Part shown: positions 18,069 through 27,114 of the stretch, in pieces
Position numbering within the stretch: position 1 is the stretch's first letter
How the letters are laid out: each line of letters starts with the position of its first letter
Assembly: GCA_964445365.1 (NCBI GenBank)
Contig: CAYULG010000001.1
Location: 1-56,079 of the forward strand
Length of the DNA: 56,079 nt
Direction: 5' to 3'
Source of the DNA: an uncultured Salinivenus sp.
GTDB lineage: Bacteria; Bacteroidota; Rhodothermia; Rhodothermales; Salinibacteraceae
Translations under genes and position numbers: made by a program
Notes under the pieces: model-generated
Told to the model about the DNA's origin: nothing
What the model saw: only the letters and a program-made list of their open reading frames with translations
Database searches by the model: none

Positions 18069-19592
18069 ATGTCGTACGAGACATACGAGCCGGTCATCGG
18101 CCTCGAAGTCCACGTTCAGCTTCAGACCGACTCGAAGATCTTCAGCACCGACGCCACGGCCTTCGGCGCCGAGCCCAACTCGCAGGTCGACCCGGTAAGC
18201 CTGGGGCATCCCGGCACCCTGCCGGTGCTAAACGAGAAGGTCGTTGAGTACGCGCTGCGGCTGGGCCTGGCTACAAACTGCTCCATTGCCCCCCGGTCGG
18301 TTTTCGCGCGGAAGCACTACTTTTATCCGGACCTGCCGAAGGGCTACCAGATCTCCCAGTACGATACGCCCATCTGCTACGACGGCTACGTGGAGGTCTA
18401 CCCGGAGGAGCATGAGGAAGAGGAGCAAAAACCGGCGGATTCGGCCTCAAAGCGGATCGGCCTCACTCGCATCCACCTGGAGGAGGACGCGGGCAAGTCG
18501 ATTCACCAGGAAAACGGCCCGACGCGCCTCGACTTCAACCGATGTGGGGTGCCGTTGCTGGAGATGGTGACGGAGCCGGACCTCCGGACGCCCCGTGAAG
18601 CCTACCTCTTCCTCAAGCGGCTGCGCCAGTTGGTGCGCTACCTCGACATTAGCGACGGGAATATGGAGGAGGGCTCGCTCCGCTGTGACGCGAACATCAG
18701 CGTGCGTCCTCGGGGCCGCCAGCAGTTTGGCACGCGGACGGAGTTGAAGAACATGAATTCGATGAGCCACGTCGAAAAGGCACTCGACTACGAGATTACC
18801 CGGCAGATTGCGGAGCTGGAACAGGGGGGGACGGTGGAGCAGCAAACCCTACTGTGGGACTCGGACGCCGGGACCACGCATCCGATGCGGTCGAAGGAGG
18901 AGGCCCACGACTATCGGTACATGCCGGACCCGGACCTGGTGGAGGTGGAGGTCGACGACGAGATGATTGAGGACGTGCGGGCCAATTTGCCCGAGCTTCC
19001 CCGCCTTCGCCGCCAGCGGTTTGTGGAGGAGGTGGGCCTGCCGCCGTACGACGCCAGGGTTCTCACCGAGGACCGGACCGTCGCTGACTACTTCGAAGAA
19101 GCCCTCGATGAATTGTACAAGCGGACCAAAGGCGGGGACACCGACGCGCAGGCGAAGCTTGTCTCGAATCTGGTCATGACCGACGTGATGCGCGTTCGAA
19201 ACGAGCGGTCCCTTTCGATGGATGAGCTGCCGGTGGACCCGGAGCGGCTGGCGCAGCTGGCCTTCCTTCGGGTGCAAGAGAAAGTCAGTTCCAACGGGGC
19301 GCAGGAGGTCTTCGAGGCCATGCTGCAGGAGACCGACAAGAGCGCGGGCAAGATCGCCGACGAACGCGATCTCATTCAGGTGACCGATCCCGACGCCATC
19401 GCGCCGGTCGCGGAGTCTGTGGTTGAGGATCATCCCGACAAGGTGAAGACCTATCTGGGGGGGAAGGAGGGACTGCTGGGGTTTTTCATCGGTCAGGTAA
19501 TGCAGCGCTTTGATGGGTCGCCCGATCCGGAGCTCGTGCGCAAATTGCTCCGCGAGAAGCTGGACGCCCACCGTGAAGTCGTCGAAGAGTAG
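18069..19592 (+). CDS. gatB: Asp/Glu-tRNA amidotransferase subunit B
   Basis: VIGLEVH, RKHYFYPDLPKGYQISQ, HLEEDAGKS, EGSLRCDANIS, GFFIGQVM. Confidence 0.98.
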   Translation: MSYETYEPVIGLEVHVQLQTDSKIFSTDATAFGAEPNSQVDPVSLGHPGTLPVLNEKVVEYALRLGLATNCSIAPRSVFARKHYFYPDLPKGYQISQYDTPICYDGYVEVYPEEHEEEEQKPADSASKRIGLTRIHLEEDAGKSIHQENGPTRLDFNRCGVPLLEMVTEPDLRTPREAYLFLKRLRQLVRYLDISDGNMEEGSLRCDANISVRPRGRQQFGTRTELKNMNSMSHVEKALDYEITRQIAELEQGGTVEQQTLLWDSDAGTTHPMRSKEEAHDYRYMPDPDLVEVEVDDEMIEDVRANLPELPRLRRQRFVEEVGLPPYDARVLTEDRTVADYFEEALDELYKRTKGGDTDAQAKLVSNLVMTDVMRVRNERSLSMDELPVDPERLAQLAFLRVQEKVSSNGAQEVFEAMLQETDKSAGKIADERDLIQVTDPDAIAPVAESVVEDHPDKVKTYLGGKEGLLGFFIGQVMQRFDGSPDPELVRKLLREKLDAHREVVEE

Positions 19593-19608
19593 AGGGCGAC
19601 GCCCCATC

Positions 19609-21018
19609 ATGATGCACTGTCCAGCTGTGCAGGTGTCCCGGAGCGTCCGTTCGTTTGCCAGGGCCACGCTCGTCTTTTTTGGTTTGCTTCTGCTTTGGGG
19701 CTGCGAACCCCATCAGGAGGAGTACCAGGGGTACCTGCAGGGGCAGATCACGGCCCGGTCGGATGTCACGGCAACGGAGGAGTATGGCGGGTTTCAAGTC
19801 CTCGTGTTGGAGGCCGAGGGCCGGTCCATCGACACCCTTGCCAGCGCTGAGACGGACGAGGACGGCCACTTCGGCACGACCGTCACGGTTCCCGAGCGGG
19901 GCATCTACACCCTTACGGTGTGGGGGCGGCGTCCAAAAGACCAGTTGGTCAGCACGGAGTACGTAGTGGCGGATGGGGACTCGACCATACTGAATCTGAC
20001 CCTTCCGATCGACCGGCAGCGCCTGCAGCTCCGCTCTGAGGAGAATCAAGCCCTCGACGTGTACCGGAACATCCTTGCGTTGCACCGCAATTCGCTGGTG
20101 AACGAACTCCGGTCTGACCTTACCGATGCGAAGCCCATGACTCGTCGCATTCGGCAGACGAGCAGTATGCTGTGGCGATTGCAGAACACCTTCCCGGGAA
20201 CCTACGCGAGCCAGCTGGCCGCGACGGAGTCTCTCTCGCTATTGGCCAACCGGGCCGATTCTGTCGTCCTGGAACGGGTTCACTCCATCGAGCCGTCGAA
20301 CCCACGGTACGTGCAGGCTGTCCAGATTGGGGGACGGGCTGCCGCACGGCTTCAGGGACAATCGGCCGCTCTCGACGTCTTGGACACCCTTGAAGCCCGC
20401 GCAGGCTCCAACGCTCAGCGCGCCGGTGTGCAGGCCGCCCGCGTCCAACTGTTTATTGACAGCCTCCAGTCCAAAGCAGCCCTCTCAGCGGCGGCGACCC
20501 TTCGACGCGACTATCCTCAGACTCGGTGGGCGGAGTGGGCACGCCGGGCCAGCTATGTGGTAAAAAACCTGGTCCCGGGCCTGCAGGCGCCGACCCTCAC
20601 GGCCCGAACCGTGGCGGGCGATTCTTTGTCTCTTCGGTCGCTTCGAGGTCATCCCGTCCTGCTTGAATACTTCGCGCCGGGCGACGACCTCTATGGTCGC
20701 CAACTTGCCACTCGGAATGCCCTCTACGAAGCGACTCGACCGGACTCCGTTGCTTTCGTCTCGGTGTCGGTTCAGCCGGACACGTTGCTCTACCGGGCGC
20801 TCCTAACCGATCGGTCCCTTCCGGGCCGTAGTGTGATCGCGGCGGACGGGCGGGCGGATCCCCTCGTCCAGGCGTACAACGTCGTCGACGTTCCCACTCG
20901 GTTTCTGATTGACAGCGACGGTCGCATCGTCGATCGGTATTCGAGGGGAGCATTTCTCGCCCTTCAGGAGGATCTGACCAAGCTTGTGAACGGAACGCTC
21001 CGGATCCGGAAAGAATAG
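19609..21018 (+). CDS. Lipoprotein with C-terminal TlpA-like thioredoxin fold lacking CXXC
   Basis: Lipobox LLWGC; APTLTARTVAGDSLSLRSLRGHPVLLEYFA, YNVVDVPTRFLIDSDGRIV. Exact start uncertain. Confidence 0.8.
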   Translation: MMHCPAVQVSRSVRSFARATLVFFGLLLLWGCEPHQEEYQGYLQGQITARSDVTATEEYGGFQVLVLEAEGRSIDTLASAETDEDGHFGTTVTVPERGIYTLTVWGRRPKDQLVSTEYVVADGDSTILNLTLPIDRQRLQLRSEENQALDVYRNILALHRNSLVNELRSDLTDAKPMTRRIRQTSSMLWRLQNTFPGTYASQLAATESLSLLANRADSVVLERVHSIEPSNPRYVQAVQIGGRAAARLQGQSAALDVLDTLEARAGSNAQRAGVQAARVQLFIDSLQSKAALSAAATLRRDYPQTRWAEWARRASYVVKNLVPGLQAPTLTARTVAGDSLSLRSLRGHPVLLEYFAPGDDLYGRQLATRNALYEATRPDSVAFVSVSVQPDTLLYRALLTDRSLPGRSVIAADGRADPLVQAYNVVDVPTRFLIDSDGRIVDRYSRGAFLALQEDLTKLVNGTLRIRKE

Positions 21019-21172
21019 GGCTGCTTCTCAGCAATCCTTCACGGAGAACGTCCTATATTTGTTTGAAAGGGGCTACGTCTTGCCCCTACCTTGCACTGTC
21101 CGTCGGGCTTACTTCCGGCGAGAAGATGCGTGGACGCTCCAATCTTCTTTGCAGAAACCGCCCATTGTACTC

Positions 21173-21742
21173 GTGCCGACACTCGCGGGGACACTCTCGT
21201 ACATCAAAAATTTCATTCAGGATCGGGACGTGGCGGCCATTGCCCCGTCCTCGTCCTTTCTTGTCGAGCGAGTGTGCAAGTGGATTGCGTTCGATCAATC
21301 GGCAGTCATCGTCGAGTACGGCCCAGGCAATGGGGTTTTCAGTCAGTACATTCTGGAGCACATGACTGCGGACTCGACGCTGATTTTGATTGAGAGCAAT
21401 CCCGACTTCGTGGAAGAGCTCCAAGAGAAGATTCAGGACGACCCGCGAGCGATCGTCGTACGAGACCTTGCGCAGAACGTGGACCAGATCCTGGCGGATC
21501 ACGGGATTGCCGAGGCGGACTATATCATCTCCGGCATTCCGTTTTCCTTTCTCGACCGGGAGGAAAGAAAGGGGCTCCTCGATCGCACCTGCGAGGTGTT
21601 GGCCGACGATGGCAAGTTCCTCGTTTATCAGAACTACAATCACCTCGAAGAACCCCTCCGTGAACATTTCTCCGAGGTGACCACGGAGCGAGAGTTCCGT
21701 AACATCCCCCCGACGATGCGGGCCTACGAGGCCTGCAAGTAA
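21173..21742 (+). CDS. Class I SAM-dependent methyltransferase (phospholipid N-methyltransferase-like)
   Basis: AIAPSS, IVEYGPGNG, IESNPDF, IISGIPF. GTG start assumed. Confidence 0.85.
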   Translation: MPTLAGTLSYIKNFIQDRDVAAIAPSSSFLVERVCKWIAFDQSAVIVEYGPGNGVFSQYILEHMTADSTLILIESNPDFVEELQEKIQDDPRAIVVRDLAQNVDQILADHGIAEADYIISGIPFSFLDREERKGLLDRTCEVLADDGKFLVYQNYNHLEEPLREHFSEVTTEREFRNIPPTMRAYEACK

Positions 21743-21937
21743 GAACCCGTCCCGCACGGCGCCCTCGAGTCCTGTGCTCAGAGATTGTGTTTCCCCGGTT
21801 GGACTGCTTTGAGGTCAGGGTGAGGGCCTCCCTTTGACGGCCAGTGCCGTCTCTCACGACTTCCCCCGACACCCCGACTTCCGAAATTCGGAGGCTGATC
21901 GGGCTCGCTACTTCTTTCATTCAATTCGAGACGCTCC

Positions 21938-22714
21938 ATGCTCATTGCTGGCAATTGGAAGATGAACACCGATCTTCCGGACGGGCGCGCGCTTGCCGAA
22001 AACATCGCCTCAGGAATCGACGAGGCTGGATCGACCTTCGATGCATTGGACTTTGCCGTCTGTCCGCCGTTTGTGCATCTGCAGGCGGTTGGGGCGGCCC
22101 TGGCCGACGCGCCCGTGGCCCTCGGGGCGCAGGATGTCCACGCGGAGGAGGACGGGGCATACACGAGCGATGTGTCGGCCCCAATGCTGTCATCGGTAGG
22201 ATGCACGCACGTCATCGTTGGCCACTCCGAGCGGCGTCAGTACTACAACGAGACCGACGCAGAGGTCAACGAGAAGGCCCGGCAGGCCCGGGCTCACGAC
22301 TTGGTTCCCATCGTCTGCGTCGGGGAGACCCTGGACCAGCGGGAGGGGGGCGAGGCCAAATCGGTCGTGCAGACCCAACTTGACGGTGCGCTCGATGGCG
22401 TTGCTATTGAGTCTGCAGATGACCTTGTGGTGGCTTATGAACCGGTTTGGGCGATCGGGACGGGAGAGTCTGCAACCCCTGCACAGGCGCAGGACATGCA
22501 CGCCGTGATTCGGGCCGATTTGGAGGAGCGATATGGCGCGGACGTGGGCGCGGGCGTGCCGCTGCTCTATGGGGGCAGTATGAAGCCGCACAACGCCGCC
22601 AATTTGCTATCGGAGCCGGACGTGGATGGAGGCCTCATCGGCAGCGCAAGTCTTAGGGCCGAGTCGTTTCTTGGCATTGCCGAGCGGGCAGTCGAGGTGC
22701 TTGGGGAATTTTGA
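21938..22714 (+). CDS. tpiA: Triosephosphate isomerase
   Basis: AGNWKM, GHSERR, AYEPVWAIGTG, LYGGS. Confidence 0.98.
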   Translation: MLIAGNWKMNTDLPDGRALAENIASGIDEAGSTFDALDFAVCPPFVHLQAVGAALADAPVALGAQDVHAEEDGAYTSDVSAPMLSSVGCTHVIVGHSERRQYYNETDAEVNEKARQARAHDLVPIVCVGETLDQREGGEAKSVVQTQLDGALDGVAIESADDLVVAYEPVWAIGTGESATPAQAQDMHAVIRADLEERYGADVGAGVPLLYGGSMKPHNAANLLSEPDVDGGLIGSASLRAESFLGIAERAVEVLGEF

Positions 22715-22831
22715 GTCCCTCGCGGATTGCCCTGTCTGAACCGTTAGATGTTGTAAAGACTGTCTTCTACGTTATAACGCGGTAGAGCGACAATCGCTCA
22801 GTCCACCAAAACAGCGACCTGCACTTCTGCT

Positions 22832-23368
22832 GTGGATAGCTTTTGGGGTAACATTTTCCGTCAGACGGATGAGGAATCCGTCTACAGCCTGCTCAGCGAC
22901 ATTCCGCTCTTTGACGAATTGTCCAGCGGGGAGCTGTCATCGGTCAAGTCCATTCTGCATCGGCGGGAGTATGATCCCGACGAGGTGCTTTTTCACCAGG
23001 GTAACCCGGGGGTGGGAATGTACATCATACAAGAGGGCACCATTGAGATCGTTTACGAGCCCACCGACGACACGCTGGCCGAACTTTCGGACGGTGATTT
23101 CTTCGGGGAGCTTGCGCTGCTCAATGAAACCCCCCGTTCCGCCACGGCTTTGGCCCAGACCGAGTCGGTGCTTTACGGCCTCTTTCGCCCTGATCTGCTG
23201 GGTCTCGTGGAGCGAGACCCATCCCTCGGCGTCGAGATCCTCCTTCGCATGTCGCAGGTTATCAGCGAACGTCTCATCCAGACCAACGAGCAGGTCCAGG
23301 AGCTGCGAAAGCAACTTCACGACATGCAACAGACTGAACACGAGCAAATGAGTGGACATGAGGGGTAA
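22832..23368 (+). CDS. Stand-alone cyclic nucleotide-binding domain protein
   Basis: LFHQGNPG, YIIQEG, FFGELAL...PRSATA phosphate-binding cassette; no HTH. Confidence 0.92.
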   Translation: MDSFWGNIFRQTDEESVYSLLSDIPLFDELSSGELSSVKSILHRREYDPDEVLFHQGNPGVGMYIIQEGTIEIVYEPTDDTLAELSDGDFFGELALLNETPRSATALAQTESVLYGLFRPDLLGLVERDPSLGVEILLRMSQVISERLIQTNEQVQELRKQLHDMQQTEHEQMSGHEG

Positions 23369-23422
23369 AATCCCTGACTCTTGTCTCTTCGTTCGGGTTG
23401 ATTCGTCCTGTACGTAACTCTT

Positions 23423-24481
23423 ATGGCGGAATCCGATGACGCTTCCATCGTAACCCTGGTGCAAAATTTTCTGCGCCGGATACGTGGGGTTTTGTTTTTG
23501 GTGGGGGTAGGGGCAACCTTTTATTTCCTGCAGGGGATCGCCCAGCTTCTGCTTCTGGCGACGCTCATTGCTTATCTCCTCAGTCCGATCGCGAGCCGGT
23601 TGGAAAAGCACACAAGTCGCACGAAGGCTACGCTTAGTGTTTTTGGGTTGTTGGTTCTTCTTTTGGCCGTAGCAGGAGTGGTGATTGGGCCGGTCCTCAC
23701 AGGTCAATTTCAAGATGTTGCCGAGCGCGCATCCCTTCAAAACATTACGGGCACTGTCGAGATGCTCGACGAACAGCTCAGCATGGTGTCCCAGCAACTC
23801 GGAGGAGAGCCGCTCAACCTCCAACGGAAGCTAGAGGGATGGGTGAATAACCGGATGCAGAAGTTGTCGAGCCTTACGCAAGGCCTATTGGGAGTGGTGA
23901 CCAACATGGTCCTGGTTCCATTCATGGCCGTCTTTCTGCTCCGAGATGGTCCTCGCATCAAAAGAGGGCTGATTCGTTTCGTGCCCAATCGCTACTTTGA
24001 GTTCAGCCTCGAAGCCCTGCACAAGATCGACATGCAGCTGAGAAATTATCTCCGTGGGATTGTTTTCGAGGTCACCCTGATCTCGCTACTTTCTATTCCC
24101 ACACTCTGGCTCTTGGATGTTCCGGCCTACGTCCCGATTGGGATCCTAGCTGGAATTACAACCGTAATTCCCTACGCCGGCTCGCTGCTTGGTGGCTTTG
24201 TGGGCTTTATCGTCAAATTAGCAACTACCGGACAATTTGCATCTGCCGCGCCTGTGTTGTTGGCGTTTCTCGCTATCCAAATCGCGGACGAGGCCTTTAT
24301 CCAGCCCTTGGTGTTTGCGCAGGCGGTAGACCTTCACCCCCTAGAGGTATTGATTGCTGTATGGATCGCTGCACAATTTTTCGGAGTGGTCGGCATGGTT
24401 TTGGCTATTCCCATAACCAGTGCGGGCAAAGTTGTTGTGTCGGAGGGAGCAGCGCTCATCCAGCAGTATCAATTTAGTTGA
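23423..24481 (+). CDS. AI-2E family transporter
   Basis: Multiple TM segments; AYLLSP, FLLRDG, YLRG, IPYAG, IQP...LHP. Confidence 0.9.
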   Translation: MAESDDASIVTLVQNFLRRIRGVLFLVGVGATFYFLQGIAQLLLLATLIAYLLSPIASRLEKHTSRTKATLSVFGLLVLLLAVAGVVIGPVLTGQFQDVAERASLQNITGTVEMLDEQLSMVSQQLGGEPLNLQRKLEGWVNNRMQKLSSLTQGLLGVVTNMVLVPFMAVFLLRDGPRIKRGLIRFVPNRYFEFSLEALHKIDMQLRNYLRGIVFEVTLISLLSIPTLWLLDVPAYVPIGILAGITTVIPYAGSLLGGFVGFIVKLATTGQFASAAPVLLAFLAIQIADEAFIQPLVFAQAVDLHPLEVLIAVWIAAQFFGVVGMVLAIPITSAGKVVVSEGAALIQQYQFS

Positions 24482-24642
24482 TTGCGGGAAGCGCTGGGGC
24501 GATCGAAGTAGCCGAGAGACCAAATTTGGCCCAAACATTCGAAACGTGGTCCGCATTGCTTAACCAACGGTACAGGGTTTGATCAAATAACTCCACGAGA
24601 GACTTTTTTTGCTGTCCATACTCACGGATTTCTTTTGCAATT

Positions 24643-25293
24643 ATGTCTGAGACTCTTGGCTTAAAGGCAGTTTCCCGCGTCGACGAAACAGACCGATTCC
24701 CCTTTCTCAAGGCGTTGGCTCACATTGCTGCCGCCGACGACTCCGTTGATCTCAACGAGAAGCAGATGGTGGAGCAGTACTCCGACGCTTGGGACCTTGA
24801 TTCCGGAAAGAAAGCAGAAGTGCAGGACATTCTCCGAACGCAGTCCTCGCTTTCGTTGCGTCAGTTGGTGTCGGAGTTTTCGGAATCTGGAACCCGGTTT
24901 TTGCTCGTTCAGGAGCTCATGCGCCTCGCCTACGCCGACGGCACCTACGGGAAGGTCGAACGGAAAGAGATTGCGAGCATCGCCCATCGCCTGGGGATGT
25001 CTGAGGATCAGTTTCGTGAGGTTGAAAAGTGGGTAGGACGAGGTCAGGCCTGGGGGGTAACCAGTGGGGAGGCGGACGATTCGACGGAAGAGGATCTTGA
25101 AAGGGTGCTGGATCAGGATGATGAGGACCAGCACGATCTCTCCGACATCCAAACGAACGAGTCGGACCTTTCTGACATCGACTCAAATCTCAACGAGGTG
25201 CAATCGTATGAGTCCGATGAGGAAGAAGACGCTGACGACAGCAATCACCCCGGGCCGAAAGGGGAGGCCGATGGGGACTCGGGAACGGATTGA
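24643..25293 (+). CDS. TerB-family protein with acidic tail
   Basis: LAHIAAADDSVDLNE and LAYADGTYGKVE repeats. Confidence 0.85.
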   Translation: MSETLGLKAVSRVDETDRFPFLKALAHIAAADDSVDLNEKQMVEQYSDAWDLDSGKKAEVQDILRTQSSLSLRQLVSEFSESGTRFLLVQELMRLAYADGTYGKVERKEIASIAHRLGMSEDQFREVEKWVGRGQAWGVTSGEADDSTEEDLERVLDQDDEDQHDLSDIQTNESDLSDIDSNLNEVQSYESDEEEDADDSNHPGPKGEADGDSGTD

Positions 25294-25541
25294 TCCGAGG
25301 TGATTTTCACTCGCTGGTTTGAACTCGTTTGGCGGAGGCCCGGAACGGCTGAAATATGAACGAGTGCACGTAGCGTGAGATTAGAGAAGGAACCACTAAC
25401 CTCGAAGCTTGGAAGAGATAGGCCTTGACGGCTTTCCTGAAGACCGCTCCATGATGATTTTGGAACCATCGCTTTGCTCTTCCGGGATGGCTTTCCTCAG
25501 CTGACCCCTACACGTTTTTCGCGTCGATCTGAATTCACCCG

Positions 25542-26444
25542 ATGTCTCGCACTACCGAGCTTGCCATCTGCTTCGCCGACATCTGCGACAGCACGGCGCT
25601 TTTTGAGGAATATGGGGACGACAAAGCCCGCGACATTGTGGGCACTGTCCTCGATCTGATCTCCGATGTGATCCGGGAGTACAACGGAACGGTGGTTAAG
25701 ACCATCGGCGATGAGGTCATGGGCACCTTCCCGGAGCTCGTGGCTGCGACCAGTGCTGTCACACAGTTTCCCCCGGCTGTGAAGCGAGACGATCAACTCG
25801 CTGCCCTCGGAATCGAGATTCGTGTGGGAATGTGCTATGGGTCGGTTGTGCAGGAAGACGATGGGGACGTCTACGGCGATGCGGTGAATACAGCGTCCCG
25901 GCTCGTAGATTGGGCAAAGGCCGAACAAGTGGTGACCACAGCGTCAACTCTCGAACCGCTGCCCGACTTCTTTGAGAGTCGAACCCGCAACCTTGGAGCG
26001 ACCATGTTGCGGGGGAAGGAGGAGTCCGTCGAAATCGTCGAACTTCTTGGCGAGCAGAGCGGCTCGAATCTGACTGTGGTGGAAGGGGGAGGTCCCGAAC
26101 CCGAGATGGAGGAGAAGCGGAATGTACTTTCTCTCCACTTTGATGAGGATGAGATTACGGTGGAGGAAGGACCGCTGATGATTGGACGCGGCACGAAGAG
26201 CGATCTTCAGATCCCGGACTCACGTGTCTCTCGGATGCACGCCGTGATCGAACGGCAGCGCGACTCGTTCATGATCACCGATAGCAGTACCAACGGGACC
26301 TACGTCCAAATCGGGGACGAGGAAGTCATGTTTTTACACCGAGAACAGCTTCGACTCCACGGCAGCGGCCATCTCAGCCTTGGACGGCACGTCGAGGCCG
26401 AGGACGCGAAGCTTCTGCGGTTCGAGTGCAAGACCCTTTCTTGA
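25542..26444 (+). CDS. Class III adenylate cyclase with C-terminal FHA domain
   Basis: FADICDST, VKTIGDEVM, DVYGDAVNTASRL; FHA IGRG...VSRMHA...SSTNGT. Confidence 0.93.
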   Translation: MSRTTELAICFADICDSTALFEEYGDDKARDIVGTVLDLISDVIREYNGTVVKTIGDEVMGTFPELVAATSAVTQFPPAVKRDDQLAALGIEIRVGMCYGSVVQEDDGDVYGDAVNTASRLVDWAKAEQVVTTASTLEPLPDFFESRTRNLGATMLRGKEESVEIVELLGEQSGSNLTVVEGGGPEPEMEEKRNVLSLHFDEDEITVEEGPLMIGRGTKSDLQIPDSRVSRMHAVIERQRDSFMITDSSTNGTYVQIGDEEVMFLHREQLRLHGSGHLSLGRHVEAEDAKLLRFECKTLS

Positions 26445-26663
26445 CATGGGGTCTAGACGAGGAGTCGTCCCTCGTGGTGGTGGGGATGCTGGGACTTGGC
26501 CAGTGACCAGGTAGCGTTTAGCAAGGTCAAAGGCACGGGAGGAGAGGGCTCTGCTCTTGCACTTCTCCGCCCACAAAAAACCTCGCACCCGTCAGCCGGG
26601 CGCCGGCACAGCCTGATGTCACAGAGACCAGCCTCGGCTGTAGTCGATGCACGATTCCCCGTT

Positions 26664-26903
26664 TCAGTCGTCCGCTTCGGAGGAGTTGTCGTCGCCCGAC
26701 CCGTCTGATTTGTCAATTGGGCCGTGGTCGTCGTAGTCGTTGACGTGGAAGCCCTCGCCCTTGAAGATCACACCCGCATTGCCCGTGATAATGCGTTCCA
26801 CATCCTGGCCGGTCTCGGGACACTCCTCAAGCGGGTCTTCAGTGATGCGCTGCCGCACGTCAAAGGTGCTACCATCTTCTCGGCGGTAGGTGTAGGTCGG
26901 CAT
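26664..26903 (-). CDS. FmdB-family zinc-ribbon-like protein
   Basis: MPTYTY...PLEECPETG...FKGEGFHVNDY. Confidence 0.85.
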   Translation of the reverse strand: MPTYTYRREDGSTFDVRQRITEDPLEECPETGQDVERIITGNAGVIFKGEGFHVNDYDDHGPIDKSDGSGDDNSSEADD

Positions 26904-27114
26904 AGGAGCAGTCAGCGGTTAGTGACAGTCGGACAAACAAGAAAGCATCCTTCAGAGAACGCTTGGCAATGGAATGGAAGTTCCGAATGCGGTCGGGGGG
27001 TGTGGGGCTTCCATGGGATTTTCGTTGTCGGAAGGATCATCTCGCATTCGGCACGACTCGCAAGTCCAGAAGCCTCTTGATTCCAACAGAAACAGGCCCC
27101 TCTAGTGGTCGCAG

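Noticed and set aside
22832-26444. Pycsar-like anti-phage system (cyclase plus cNMP effector)
   Set aside because: The cyclase has canonical adenine-specifying residues and an FHA domain, the CNB protein is not fused to a TM or TIR effector, and the context is housekeeping.
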